Assembly (NCBI RefSeq): GCF_009914755.1
Contig: NC_060930.1
DNA length: 64,000 bases
Strand: one strand, 5' to 3'
Source: the human T2T-CHM13v2.0 reference genome, Homo sapiens
The notes beneath the pieces were generated by a model. The model had not been told where the DNA came from. It ran no database searches and was given only the letters and a program-made list of their open reading frames with translations. Numbering within the stretch: the first letter of the stretch is position 1; each line of letters opens with the position of its first letter. A program made the translations under genes and the position numbers. Below, one piece after another: positions 27,561 to 38,600 of the stretch.

Positions 27561-30052
27561 GGTGTTGAGCACATACCAAAGACCTAACTCACATTTGTTT
27601 AATGTTAAATGAAACAGAATACCCGCTAAGATAAAACTTGGTAGGAAACAAGATAAGTAAGATAAGGTTCCTTTTATCAATGTGCTGACCAATTAATGGT
27701 GGAAATAGACTCATGCGAAACATAATGCCTGCTGCCAAAGTTTGAAACCAAAACATGATGATTTGTTTGGAAAGGAGAAGATGGAAACGGCTTCACAGAG
27801 GAGATGACATTTGAGCTGGGCCCCAAAGGTTAAAAAGGACTTCGAGCAAGTCAGATGGGGTTGGAGATTCCAGACCCAGGAGAAAGCAGAGTGTGCATTT
27901 GCTCACATTCAACCTTATCATTAAGTCTCTTAAACTTGGTCAACAGAGTGTGAGTTTATGTGCTCTGGCTTTCCTTCCTGGGTCTGGCATCAAACAAACG
28001 ACCCTTTGTTTTTACAGTACACTCATTAACCCTATTGCTTTTTTTATCGTAAAAAGTTCCACGATGAATGTTCTTAAAAAGTGTGTAAGTAAATATTTAA
28101 TGAATCATAACTCTTTTCTAATAAAATTACTGAAGACTAAACCTACAGTTCTGTTACTTATAAAAATAGTCGAGGAGCCATACTTTTAGGAAAGAACAGG
28201 TTCAACTTAAGTTTTGACAATATCGATTAAGCATGTAATAGTCACTGGCTTACAAAACGGAACATTAAGCCCCCAGATTTACATTAACATTTCTTCCTTA
28301 AAGGGAACATCAAATGGTTTAGACTTCAGTCAAGATTCTCTACAGCCCCAGTTCATAGCCAAGTGGCCTCAAAGCCTCAGATAGTTAAACCACTTCCTCC
28401 AAAAGTCTGTGAGTCCCTTCATCTGAATACAGGGTACCCATGGAGCAGGGACTGGGGAAGAAGACAGTACATAGGGTGGAAAGTATTGCAGTTGCTTGGG
28501 TGGTGAGAAAGGAAGTAGGCGTCCCAAGACTACCTTGAAGCAGGCAAGAGGCAGTCTGCAGTGGTCTTCCAAATGCTAACTCTAGACCGTTTTATCCACG
28601 TCCCCAGGTATTTACTTCAATAAAAGGGTAAAACAACATCACTGGGCAGACAGGATTTCATTTCAAAAGACTTCAGTACAGTGCCCTCTTAGACTTGAGA
28701 GAAGAAGCCATTCAGGCTGCCTCCCTCTTATCAAATAACAATTTAATTCTGATTCAGAAACAAAATTCTTGTGACCCCCACACCAATCTACTCTACCCCA
28801 GCTCTTAGTACTTGTTCCCAAAAGGACAGGGGAAAGAACGAGGGGATGGGGAGGCTACCTTAAAAGTAAAGCAACTCTTAAGACTGCTGGGATAACTGTT
28901 CCCTTAAATCTAAGAAACACTGCAGCTGCCAGTCAACACTACCGGTCTCTGAACACAGCAAAATGCCGACACCTGCCACCCGGCATCCGGGGGTTCTTTT
29001 ATTTTTTGGTAAATGTGGCAGGAAAGACTCAGAGAGATCAACTGCTTCATGGGAAAGAAAGGGAAGCCCCAGGGAAGAGAGACAAGAAGCATCGTGCCTA
29101 TCCTAGGGTACTTTGTGTGTCTCCTCTCTATGCACTGAAAGGGCTCTTTGTGTCACACTCACACTCACACACCCGGCGAGTCTGTGTGATTTATTGGGGG
29201 AAGGAGGGGCAAGAAGGGTGATTTTATTATCCCTCTTCCCAGTGAGTCCCAGCACATCTCTGCTGGGCCCAAGCTCGGTGGCCTCCTTCTGGCCCAGTCC
29301 CCTCCGCCTGTGGCCGCAGAGATAACAGAGGGGAGGAGCCCAAACAAAAACAGCCATGGATCTAGGGAAGTAGAGAGGAAATCCAGCGAGGGAGCCGGAA
29401 AGGAAGGAGAAAAGAGCTGGAGGGAGCAGAGGGGTGGGGGACAGAGGAAGAGGAGGGAAGGCTCCAGCACAGGGGAAAGGGGAAGGGTGGGTGGGTGGTG
29501 GCACAGGAAGAGTGAAGGGGAGGATGGGGGAAGTGCAAGGGAGGTGCCAGAAATAGGCAGGAGGATGGGTTGGAGAAGGCGACCGCCGCCGAGGGAGGAG
29601 GCCGAGAGGTGGAGGAGTGGGGCAGGGGTTGGGTGGGGAGGGAAGCAGCACGGGGCATCAATTATTAAGTGATTACATCATCCCTGACATTAAAACAACA
29701 CACACAGCCCCAGTCCCCGCGGGGGGCCCCAAAAGGAGGGCGGGGGCGGAGTCTGGGCCAGCCTCGCCCCCAAGCCAATTCCCATTTTCACCCGGCGCCC
29801 GCTTGCGGGCGAGGAAATGGGGTCCCCATCCCCGCGCTGCCTCGGGGCCGCACCCCGCAGGGGTGTCCTCCGGTGCAACCGCGGGAAGACCCCAAGCACC
29901 GACTCCCCGGCAGCCCCGCGGAGCGCCCTGGCGGCCAAGGGACCGCAGCACCGGGCCCTGCGGCGGGGGCGGCGTGCGCGGGGGCGCCGGCGGCCGGGCT
30001 TCTCCGCAGCATCCCCGAGGCCTCCCGCGACGCATCCCCGCCGCCTGCTTAC

Positions 30053-30537
30053 CTGCGCGGCGCTGAGGCTCCGGAGCCCACTCACATGGTCCTCTCCCCG
30101 CCCTCCTCCGGCGCGGCCGAGGCGGCTCCGGGGGGTCCCCGGCGGGCCCGGGAGCCGGTGGGCCTTCCGAGAGCACCGAGGGGGCGGCGCCGGGGTGTCC
30201 CCGGCCCGGCGGCCGAATCCCTCCCTGGCGCGGGCGGCGGCCGCCGGGCGGTGCGGCGCGGGCGGCGGCTTTGTGTGCGCCCGGGCGGTCCTCGGTGCGC
30301 TGGGAGAAGCGCGGCGCGCCCGGGCGGGAGAGGACGCGCCGCTCGCACAACAACCTCGCCTCTACTCTCGCCGCCGGGCGGCGGGCGGGTCTCGAAGGCC
30401 TTCGGCTCGCGGCGACCCCTCCTCCTCGCCCGCGGCAGCCCCCTCCTCGCCGGCTCCGCTCCTGACAGATGGCGCAACTGCAACGACGCGCCGCCGCCAC
30501 CAGCGCGGCTGCTCGCTGCTACTCTTGCTGATGCTCT
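30053..30537 (-). other. FYN: FYN non-coding exon 1 (5'UTR, ~485 nt; TSS approximate)
   Basis: Minus strand AGAGCATCAGCAAGAGTAGCAGCGAGCAGCCGCGCTGG...GGAGAGGACCATGTGAGTGGGCTCCGGAGCCTCAGCGCCGCGCAG|GTAAGC matches the recalled FYN mRNA 5' end. Canonical donor; joins plausibly to the exon at 3714. Confidence 0.9.
30082..30087 (-). other. Start-stop element (ATG TGA) in FYN exon 1
   Basis: GGACC ATG TGA on the minus strand; A at -3. Confidence 0.75.
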
Positions 30538-30559
30538 GCCCCTCCAGCTCCGGAGGGGA

Positions 30560-30670
30560 GCGAGGAGGGGGCGGGGCGCGCCTCGAGAGTGACAGGCCCG
30601 GCTGCCCTATCAAAGAGCCCCTTGGGAGCTGCGAGCCGCAACCATTGGCGCCTGGGGCGTGGGCGGGACG
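30560..30670 (-). promoter_or_regulatory. FYN: TATA-less FYN proximal promoter with Sp1, TCF/LEF, CCAAT and EGR1 motifs
   Basis: GGGGCGGGG 30568-30576; ATCAAAG 30609-30615; ATTGG 30644-30648 (CCAAT on minus); GCGTGGGCG 30657-30665. All lie within ~130 bp upstream of the TSS. Confidence 0.7.
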
Positions 30671-32117
30671 GCAGTAGGTGGGGCCGCCGAGTGGGTTGAG
30701 CGTTACTGTGGCAGCGGGCATCCCAGGGTGCGTGCGGTGCAGGGTGTGCAAGAAAATGCGAGGTTGGAGGAGGAGGTCTGTGTGTTTTTAAGGATTGTGT
30801 GGAGTTGTGAGGTGGCGGAGTAGGGCGGGAGAAAGAGCGGAGAGTGTGAACTGCAGTTTCCGCTTTGCGGAAGGTTGCAGCTGCTGCTGCAGATTGGCAC
30901 CTGCCATTCCCCCAAAACCATGGGAAACTGCCTCGAGACAGGGCTATCTTGCCTTTCTGGTGTCTTTTCATTTGAGGGTGAGAGGATGAAATGGAAAATT
31001 GGGCGGTGATAGCAGCGTTTTCTTTGATCAAACTGAAAAGAGTACGGAGCAAAGTAGAATCCTGTCCTGAAACGTGGAAACGCACAACAAATAACAATGA
31101 GGAGGAGAAGGAGATTAGGATCATTTTATCAGTCCCCTATTTCTGCGGACACTCATTTATATTTTTTTTCTAGCAAAAGTCTGGAGGAAGTATTACTGAA
31201 ATAGGGGGAGGGGCCAAGCGGCGACTAAGGAACCTGAAATGACAGAGATTTGTTCGTACATTCCCCGCCCCACCCCCAAAAAACCTCGTTTAATTGTAGT
31301 CATTGGTTGTCTTTGGTTTCTCATAACATTCAAACTTCTCATGTTTTTTTCCCCTTCACTGAATCTGAGCTTTTGCTCATATTTCCCTTGATGAAATAAT
31401 TGCCGGTTTAGTATACAGTTGGGAGTGCATCGGTCTTTATTTCCTATCCAGCTTTTCTATGGCAGGATGTAACTTCATAAAAAGAAACACTTTGGCTTCC
31501 TGATTTTCTTTATAGGTAATTCCTGTTTACTGAAAGTTCTGCTTTAAGGCATACTCAGAATCGCTCTCCTTAATGATTTTGGCAAGAACCCTACCTTCCC
31601 CCTCAGCAAATCTAATGTTCTAAGAAATTATAAGTGAATCAGCTTCTGCTTCTGTGCTCAAAATCTATAATATTGCCTTTCCGGCCCACTACTTGTTTTT
31701 ACTGTAGTTTAAAAAAATCTGTCCCTTTTGCTGACTTTTTTCTTTTTGTACACACTACTTTTTAAGAAAAGTTGCTAACATTTATTAAATGATCTGCATC
31801 CTATGGAGGAGGAAACTGAGGAAAAGAAAAGTTAAGTAACTAACTCAAGGTGACAGTATACAGAGGTTACTGGATTTTTTTCCTTTTCCTTAAACAAAAT
31901 GACAAATTAAACCATGTTTAAATTGTGTCTGGAAATTCCATAATCCCAAGAAATGGAACCATAGCTAGGACTAGGATATTTCCATACAAGAGAAAGCCAG
32001 CTTCATTTAGCCAAGAATTGCTTATCTCAAGAGCAGAGGCTCTTCGTCCTCAGGGCTAGTCCGCAATGGCTGCTCTGGGTTTATTTGGATTGGGATGCAG
32101 AGGCAGTTGGGTAGAGC

Positions 32118-32306
32118 AATGGTTCTCAAACTTTGACATGTATCAGAAATAACTGAAGGGGCTTGCTTAAACATGAATTGCTGTGTTTAACCACCTGAGG
32201 TTCTGATTTAGGGGGTTTGGGATGGTGCCCAAGAATTTGCACATTTAGCAAGTTCCCAGGTGATGTTGATACAGCCAATCTGGAGACAGCACCTTGAGGA
32301 CCATAG
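32118..32306 (+). mobile_element. MER5A hAT-Charlie MITE
   Basis: CAATGGTTCTCAAACTTTG...GAATTTGCACATTTAGCAAGTTCCCAGGTGATGTTGAT...CCTTGAGGACCATAG. Confidence 0.85.
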
Positions 32307-32315
32307 TTCTAGAAT

Positions 32316-32640
32316 TGGGCTGTCCGAGGAGGTAGCCACTAGCCACATGACTGTTAAGTACTTGAAATGTACTTCAGTATTGGAAATTTGGCTACTGCAA
32401 ATTAGGATGTGCTGTAAATGTAAAAGATGTATTAGATATTTCAGATCAAGCATGAAAAATGGAATGTAAAGTATCCCATTTTAATATTGATTACATGTTA
32501 AAATGATAGTCTAAATGTACTGTGCTAAATAAAACATTATTAGAGTTAATTAAATTGTTTCTTTTATTTTTTAAATGCGTCTACTAGAAAATTTTAAATA
32601 ACCTATGTGGCTCAAGTTATATCTCTATCGGGCAGCACTG
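32316..32640 (-). mobile_element. MER33 hAT-Charlie element
   Basis: GTAGCCACTAGCCACATG...GATGTGCTGTAAATGTAAAA...CTACTAGAAAATTTTAAAT..ATGTGGCTC...GGCAGCACTG; ~325 bp. Confidence 0.82.
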
Positions 32641-32902
32641 GTCTGGAGTTGTTTCTGATTCCAGCTCCACAGTTCACTGTTGGGAGCGCTTTGATGAAGC
32701 AAGTCGCTTATCCTTTTTGAACCTTAGTGTCCTCATACGTAAAATGGGAAAAATAGTAAAACTGTTCTCAAACTATTCCGGACAGACTAAGTGTCATATG
32801 CTCTCAAGAAAAAAACACTCTTAGGCTATATATCTCCTTGAAATCTCATGTTTAGTTCAATCTATCTTACGCTAAATCTGGAAATCTGGAGTAGGTGGGA
32901 TA

Positions 32903-32905
<3 letters not shown>

Positions 32906-32937
<32 letters not shown>

Positions 32938-32954
32938 TCTCCTCCTCTCTCTCT
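32906..32954. repeat. (CT)n microsatellite
   Basis: Direct inspection. Confidence 0.92.
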
Positions 32955-33619
32955 GTTTCTTCACGAGAAGTCACTTCTTAGTGTCTGCAACTGTAATAGC
33001 TTCTTGATCTAATTAGTGGACAAAGAGACAATGTGATTAAAATGACAGATTAACCTGCTCCCATCAAGACTTCATCCTGTTTTTTGTAATTCTTTGCTTA
33101 CCTACTTTTTTATCTGTTGCCCGTCTTAAATGTAGCTTTAAATGGATTTGGACTCCTCAGGAGGATTTGCTAATGGTCTGAACAAGTGAATAGAGCACTG
33201 CAAAAGATTTGTATACTATTCCCGTTTTGATCTTTTCTGCCAATCTCTACCAAGAACTTGATTAAAGATCTGAGACGCTGTCCCTGGCCTACCCAAGGTA
33301 AGTAATATTGTCTTCCACAACCACCAGTTTTGTTTTCTTATGAGTAGCTTCTATTATACAAATTAGAATGTAGTCATTGTTCTAGAACTTCTCTTTGATT
33401 TTATTGATATTGTTTATATATTTTGTATTTTTCTACTTGTTTTACCTTAAAGTTTCCTCTTTCTATTCTGGCTTTCTTGAACTTGTCTCATCTGAATCTT
33501 ATATCTTGCTTTTAAAGTAACTTTTTTTTCTTATTTTTATTAGCTAAAACATTTTCTTGTCTTATTATTTTATTTTAGTTTTAATCTTCTCTTAAATGTC
33601 AACTCAACAACAACACATA

Positions 33620-34385
33620 TGGCAAGGGTAAAAACCCTCAATGTAGAGTTTTTACAAATCAACAAGAAAATAAAGATGAACGTTCGAACTGAAAAATATG
33701 TGCAACAGAAACAAAACCCAAAATGGCCAGTAAATGTGATAGGAGGTTCAACAGGAAAATGGATATCCATACCCTACTAGTGGAATTTTTAATTGGTACA
33801 ACATTGCTGGAAGGCAGTTTAATAGCATTTGTGAAAAGCCTTTTAAAAAAATGTATACATTTGACTTAGCAATTTTACTTCTGGGAAAGAATGGAACAAA
33901 TTTGCAAATACACAAACACAAGCGCACATATCATGGGAATAATTGGAACATTGTTTATAATAGTGAAACACTGAGAAAAGTTCATTGATAAGGGATTTGG
34001 TGTGTAAATTATGTTATATCTATAATAGAATACTATATAGCCATAAAATTATAACATTGCCATTTATTTATTTATTTGTGTGGAAAGATGTTCACAACAA
34101 ATTAAAATTAAGAAGAGCTAATAAATTAGTATTGTGTTTGTATGTGTACATATGTATGTTTATATATATGTATTAATACACATATATTTCCATTATTTTT
34201 AAACTTATTTATATGTGTAAATTTTCATAGAAAGCAATACATACACAAAAATTTTAATGATCATTTCCTCCAAGTAATCATATTTTAGGTCATTGTTATT
34301 TTATTTTTTATCTTTTTCTTAATTTCCTCAACTTTTTACATTGGGCATTTATTATGTTATTAGAAAAAACAATAAAAACTTATTT
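33620..34385 (+). mobile_element. Old L1M (L1ME-like) 3' fragment (approximate)
   Basis: TGGTACAACATTGCTGGAAGGCAGTTT...CATTTGACTTAGCAATTTTACTTCTGGGAA...AATAGAATACTAT; AT-rich 3'UTR. Confidence 0.65.
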
Positions 34386-34611
34386 TAAACTTGTACCTTT
34401 TTTTGCTACTTTAATTCTCGTTTTTCTTCCTCTGCCTCCTGTCTGCTGTTTTTCCTCCCTTTTGAAGGCATATTGCCCCAGGGTAGTGTTCAGGAATCAA
34501 GACCAGGACCAGAGGGAGGCCTTCTGCTTCCATCCACCCACAGACACCCTTCTTGTTTCTGGTGGGTCTTCTGGGACTTGCAGGAATGATTCTTATAAAA
34601 CTTCACTTTGA

Positions 34612-34910
34612 GGCTAGGCATGATAGCTCGTGCCTGTAATCCCCGTGCTTTGGGAGGCTGAGGCCAGAGGACTGCTTGAGCCCAGGAGTTTGAGACCAAC
34701 CTGGACAGCACAGCAAGACCCCATCTCTACAAAAAAAATAAATGCCAGGTGTGGTGGTGTACACCTGCCGTCTCATCTACTTGGGAGGCTGAGATGGGAA
34801 GATTGCTTGAGCCTGGGAGGTCAAAGCTGCAGTGAGCTCTAATTGCACTGCTGTAACAGAGTGAGACCCTGTCTCAAAACAAAACAAAATGAAAAAAACA
34901 AGCAAAAAAA
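34612..34910 (+). mobile_element. AluJ SINE
   Basis: GCTTGAGCCCAGGAGTTTGAGACC...CAAGACCCCATCTCTAC...GCTGCAGTGAGCT; A-rich tail. Confidence 0.92.
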
Positions 34911-36374
34911 CCCCTTCACTCTTAGAGTGGGACACCACTGCTAAAGTGGCCCCAGGGCTAACCTGTCTGTACTTGGCATACCTGGTTCACTGTTTACCTC
35001 TTTCTTCTGATGCCTCATATCAAGTCCATACATAAAGAGTTACATATTTTTATATACACAATCTTTAGAACACAGCCAATGGATTTAGGGCATTTTGGGT
35101 CCACAGCTTGCCATGAGCCAGCAGGAGATGGTCCTGGAAAAATCTCATGTGGGAAGGACATTCCATACAACACCCCAGCCTGAACTCAGAAAGGAGCGTA
35201 GGTGATGTTAAACCTGCCTCTGGAAGGAAGATACCTGTGGCTCTTCTGAAGTTGAGATTCTGGCCCTACTTTTCTACCATTGTCTCTCTTGTTAAATTGT
35301 GTCCATACTGGACAGCTGGTCCTCCTGACAGGCCACAGCAGAGCCCTCTTGGCATTTGGCTTTCCAGTTCCCTTTTCTCTTAAAAAGATGGAGGGTGGAC
35401 TGACTAGATAGGAGTTATTATGAACATGGTTTTAGAACCCAGGTGCACTGAACCTCTTTTGGATGCTCTCAACATGTCAGGGTCAGTACTGGGCAAGCCA
35501 GGCATGCTGGGGAGGAAGAGAGGCCTATATCCTAAACAGACCACAGGGAGGGTGAATGGGATGGCACTGACTGAAAATGCGCTTCTTTAATTCTTTGCCC
35601 GACTCCCCAAAGGTGGCTTGGATTATTAGCTTGTGAAGTTCAAGTGCCTGAGAATGGGTCTTAGTCAACCTTGGGGTTCTAGATGGAAACCCTTCTAATT
35701 TCATAGAGTTATCTCCCAACACACCTCCTGCAGGGACCCCATAGGAGCCTAACAAAGGAGGCTGTTCTGTCATAAGATGGCCTGTCCCTTTCTTCTGCAT
35801 ACTAACCAGCCATACCTTTCACTCTGGCCCTTTCTTGACTCCTCACTGTCTGCTATTTCCAAGCTCTACTCAGTGCAGTGATGGTATTTAAGACTCCTCC
35901 AGGGTGGTGGAGCCAATAGAACACCCCACACTAGTACAGAAAACTGGATCAGAAACCTTTGGACTCCCCTGTTTGCAGGAACAGGTTGATTAGGCCTGAT
36001 CTTCTTTAGGTGAGCTGACCCTGACTTGACACTCCACGGGAGACCCTCAAGAGTGACACTGTGAGGCTAGCAGATGCTTTTCATTTTGTTTTTATCTGAT
36101 AGAGCTCCTAGAGTGTGCCCTCAATGATTCAGTTATTTTCCTGGTCATAGCTTCTTGTAGTCCTAAAGAAAAAGAGATAATGCCTCAGCTTTCTAATTAG
36201 TTTAGTGATCTACATCTGTGTGAAATGTGGACTTTATGACATTTATCTTGCTACTTTCAAGAATTCAAATATTCTGTCTGTCAAGTTGTCAAGGGAAAAA
36301 ATGAACTGAAGGAGGAGGAAATTATTGTATCAGTCAAGGTTCTTGGTTGCAAGCATCGAAAACCTACTATGTCT

Positions 36375-36695
36375 GACTGGGCACCGTGGCTCACACCTGT
36401 AATCCCAGCACTTTTGGAGGATGAGGCAGGGGGATTGCTTGAGCCCGGGAGTTCGAGACCAGCCTGAGCAATATCATGAACCTCCATCTCTATAAAAAAT
36501 ACATAATTAGCCAGACAAGATGGCGTGAGCCTGTAGTCCCAGCTACATGGGAGGCTGAGGTGGGAGGATCACCTAAGCCTGGGAGGTTGAGGCTGCAGTG
36601 ACCTGCAGTCCAGCCTAGGCGACATGATAAGACCCTGTTTCAAAAACAAAACAAAATGACAACAACAACAAAACACAAAAACCAACACAAAGAAA
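36375..36695 (+). mobile_element. AluJ SINE inserted in an old MaLR LTR
   Basis: Full dimer with (CAAAA/CAA)n tail; TSD AAAACC(C)TACTATGTCT; MLT1-like flanks ~36328-37020. Confidence 0.92.
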
Positions 36696-37709
36696 ACCCT
36701 ACTATGTCTAATTTAAGCAGAATAGGAATTTTTTTAGGAAGCTATTGGTTGGCTCATAGAATCAATTGGAAGACTTAAGAACCAGGCTCAAAAAGAAAAA
36801 AAAAAAAAAAGAGGGAACCAGGTATCACTACCCAGGGGCAGAATTGAGAGCTGGTTAGGACACCTCTGCTGGTGTCCTCATTCTACCAGAGACTTTTGCC
36901 ACTGCCAAGGGGCAACACCACCGGATGTAGATTCCAAGCCGTCTCTTTATCCTTGTGTCACTTGCTGAAGATTCAGATTCCTAGGTGGCAGCATCCAATA
37001 TGCTGGCCATACCCCAGCTGCCAGCCAGGGTAGGAGGGAGTTGGGGGGCAGGAGGCGGAGGAAGGGAAGGGAGATTTGTATATTTTCAGCTTCTGTGGGA
37101 AATGGTCAGATAATTTTGCTCCACCCAACTCAGATAATAGGACTCTCCCCCCTCAAAAAAAGGGCGACGAGATGCTGGGCCAGAATTTAAAAATGACAAA
37201 TGCCCACTGCAATTGGTCACCCAGATCTCTGTGAACCTCAGTGATCCATGATTGAGTGTCCCTATTCATTTAACAGGAATTTCTTCCTTTCCAGTCTGTC
37301 CCCTAGGCCCACCCTTACATTCCCTTAGCAAGGTACACAATATTTGTTGAACATAATGTTTAACATGAATGATCTTTCAACTTTCAGTTATTCTACATTT
37401 CCCAAGGGAGAGTTAATTGTCTCTGAGAGTGAATGCCAGGATTTATGACACATCTTGTAGGGATGTGAAGCTTCTCAGGAATGGGAAGATTGATGGGTTT
37501 TCTTATGCTTTCTCCTACCCTGATAATCTGCATATGAGGTTCTGTCAGTCTTCCTTTCTTCCTGTTTATTATCCTTCTTTATGTAGGAAACACTCTTGTG
37601 TGGGTACCAGCTCACAGTGATTCCTCTCTTCTGGGAATAGCTCCCAGTGCCCAGGAGTGTCCGGGATGCCATGTCTATATCAAGTGACCCTGTAGTACCC
37701 CATCCTAGC

Positions 37710-38087
37710 TGATATGGTTTGGCTGTGTCCCCTCCCAGATCACATTTGCATTATAGTTTGCATAATCCCCACATGTTGTGGGAGGGACCTGGTGAGAGGT
37801 GATTGAATCATGGGAGCAGTTACCTTCATGCTATTCTTGTAATAGTGAGTAAGTTCTCATGAGCTCTGATAGTTTTATAAGGGGGTTCCCCCTTTGCTTG
37901 ATTCTCATTCTTCTCTCTCCTGCCTTCTTGTGAAGAAGGACGTGTTTGCTTCTCCTTCTGCCATGATTGTAAGTTTCCTGAGGCCTCCCCAGCACTGTGG
38001 AACTGTGAGTCAATTAAACCTCTTTCTTTTATAAATTACCAAGACTTCGGTATGTCTTTATTAGCAGTGTGAGAATGGACTAATACA
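37710..38087 (+). mobile_element. THE1 (THE1C-like) MaLR solo LTR
   Basis: TGATATGGTTTGGCTGTGTCCC...GGACTAATACA, TG..CA ends, exact 5-bp TSD CTAGC (37705-37709 / 38088-38092), TATA-like TTTTATAAG and ATTAAA signal. Confidence 0.93.
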
Positions 38088-38189
38088 CTAGCTATAGCCA
38101 AATGACCAGGGATAGACACTTATCCCTGAATGAGCCAAGTATTATTTACCAAGAATTTGAAAACTGGATAAGAGAGATACAGAGCTGGG

Positions 38190-38600
38190 TATATTAGCCA
38201 GCTAAACAAATTAGTAAACTAAAACCAACTTCTGTAACAAACAATCCCCAAATCTCAGTGGTTTTACATAATAAAGATTTACTTCTCTCTAAAGTCACAG
38301 TCCATTTGGGTTTTGATGGACAGTTATTCTTAAAGTGATTCAGGGACCTAGGTTCCTTTAACCAGGATTTCACTGGATCCTATTTATATGACTGGGAAAC
38401 AAGGAAGGAGAGGGAATTGCATGGCAGATTTTAGGGGTCAGGTCTAAACATGACATACATCATTTTTGCTCACTTTCTGTTGGCCAGAACTAATCACACA
38501 GCCACACCTGTAGGCATGGGAGCTGGGAAATGTAATCTAGTGGTGTTCCCAGGAAGAAAAGGAAATGGCTTTGGTCAGTATCTAGTCTGTGTGCCACATT
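38190..38600 (-). mobile_element. Old MLT1 (J/K-like) LTR
   Basis: TGTAACAAACAATCCCAAATCTCAGTGG...TTGGCCAGAACTAATCAC...GCTGGGAAATGTAATCT. Confidence 0.7.

Larger units (their letters stand above)
29700..30780. promoter_or_regulatory. FYN: CpG island spanning the FYN promoter, exon 1 and proximal intron 1
   Basis: Very high GC and dense CpG, against CpG-depleted flanks. Confidence 0.95.

Noticed and set aside
30460-30478. CTCF/YY1-like motif GACAGATGGCGC in exon 1
   Set aside because: Only a partial match to either consensus; cannot be assigned from sequence alone.
29103-31124. Long overlapping ORFs (182-307 aa) on both strands of the CpG island
   Set aside because: Low-complexity Pro/Arg/Gly/Ala translations expected from stop-poor GC-rich DNA. 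Many have non-ATG starts, they run across the exon 1 donor, and FYN coding starts downstream, outside the window.
38106-38127. Small hairpin CAGGGATA/TATCCCTG
   Set aside because: An 8-bp stem is within chance expectation for 64 kb.
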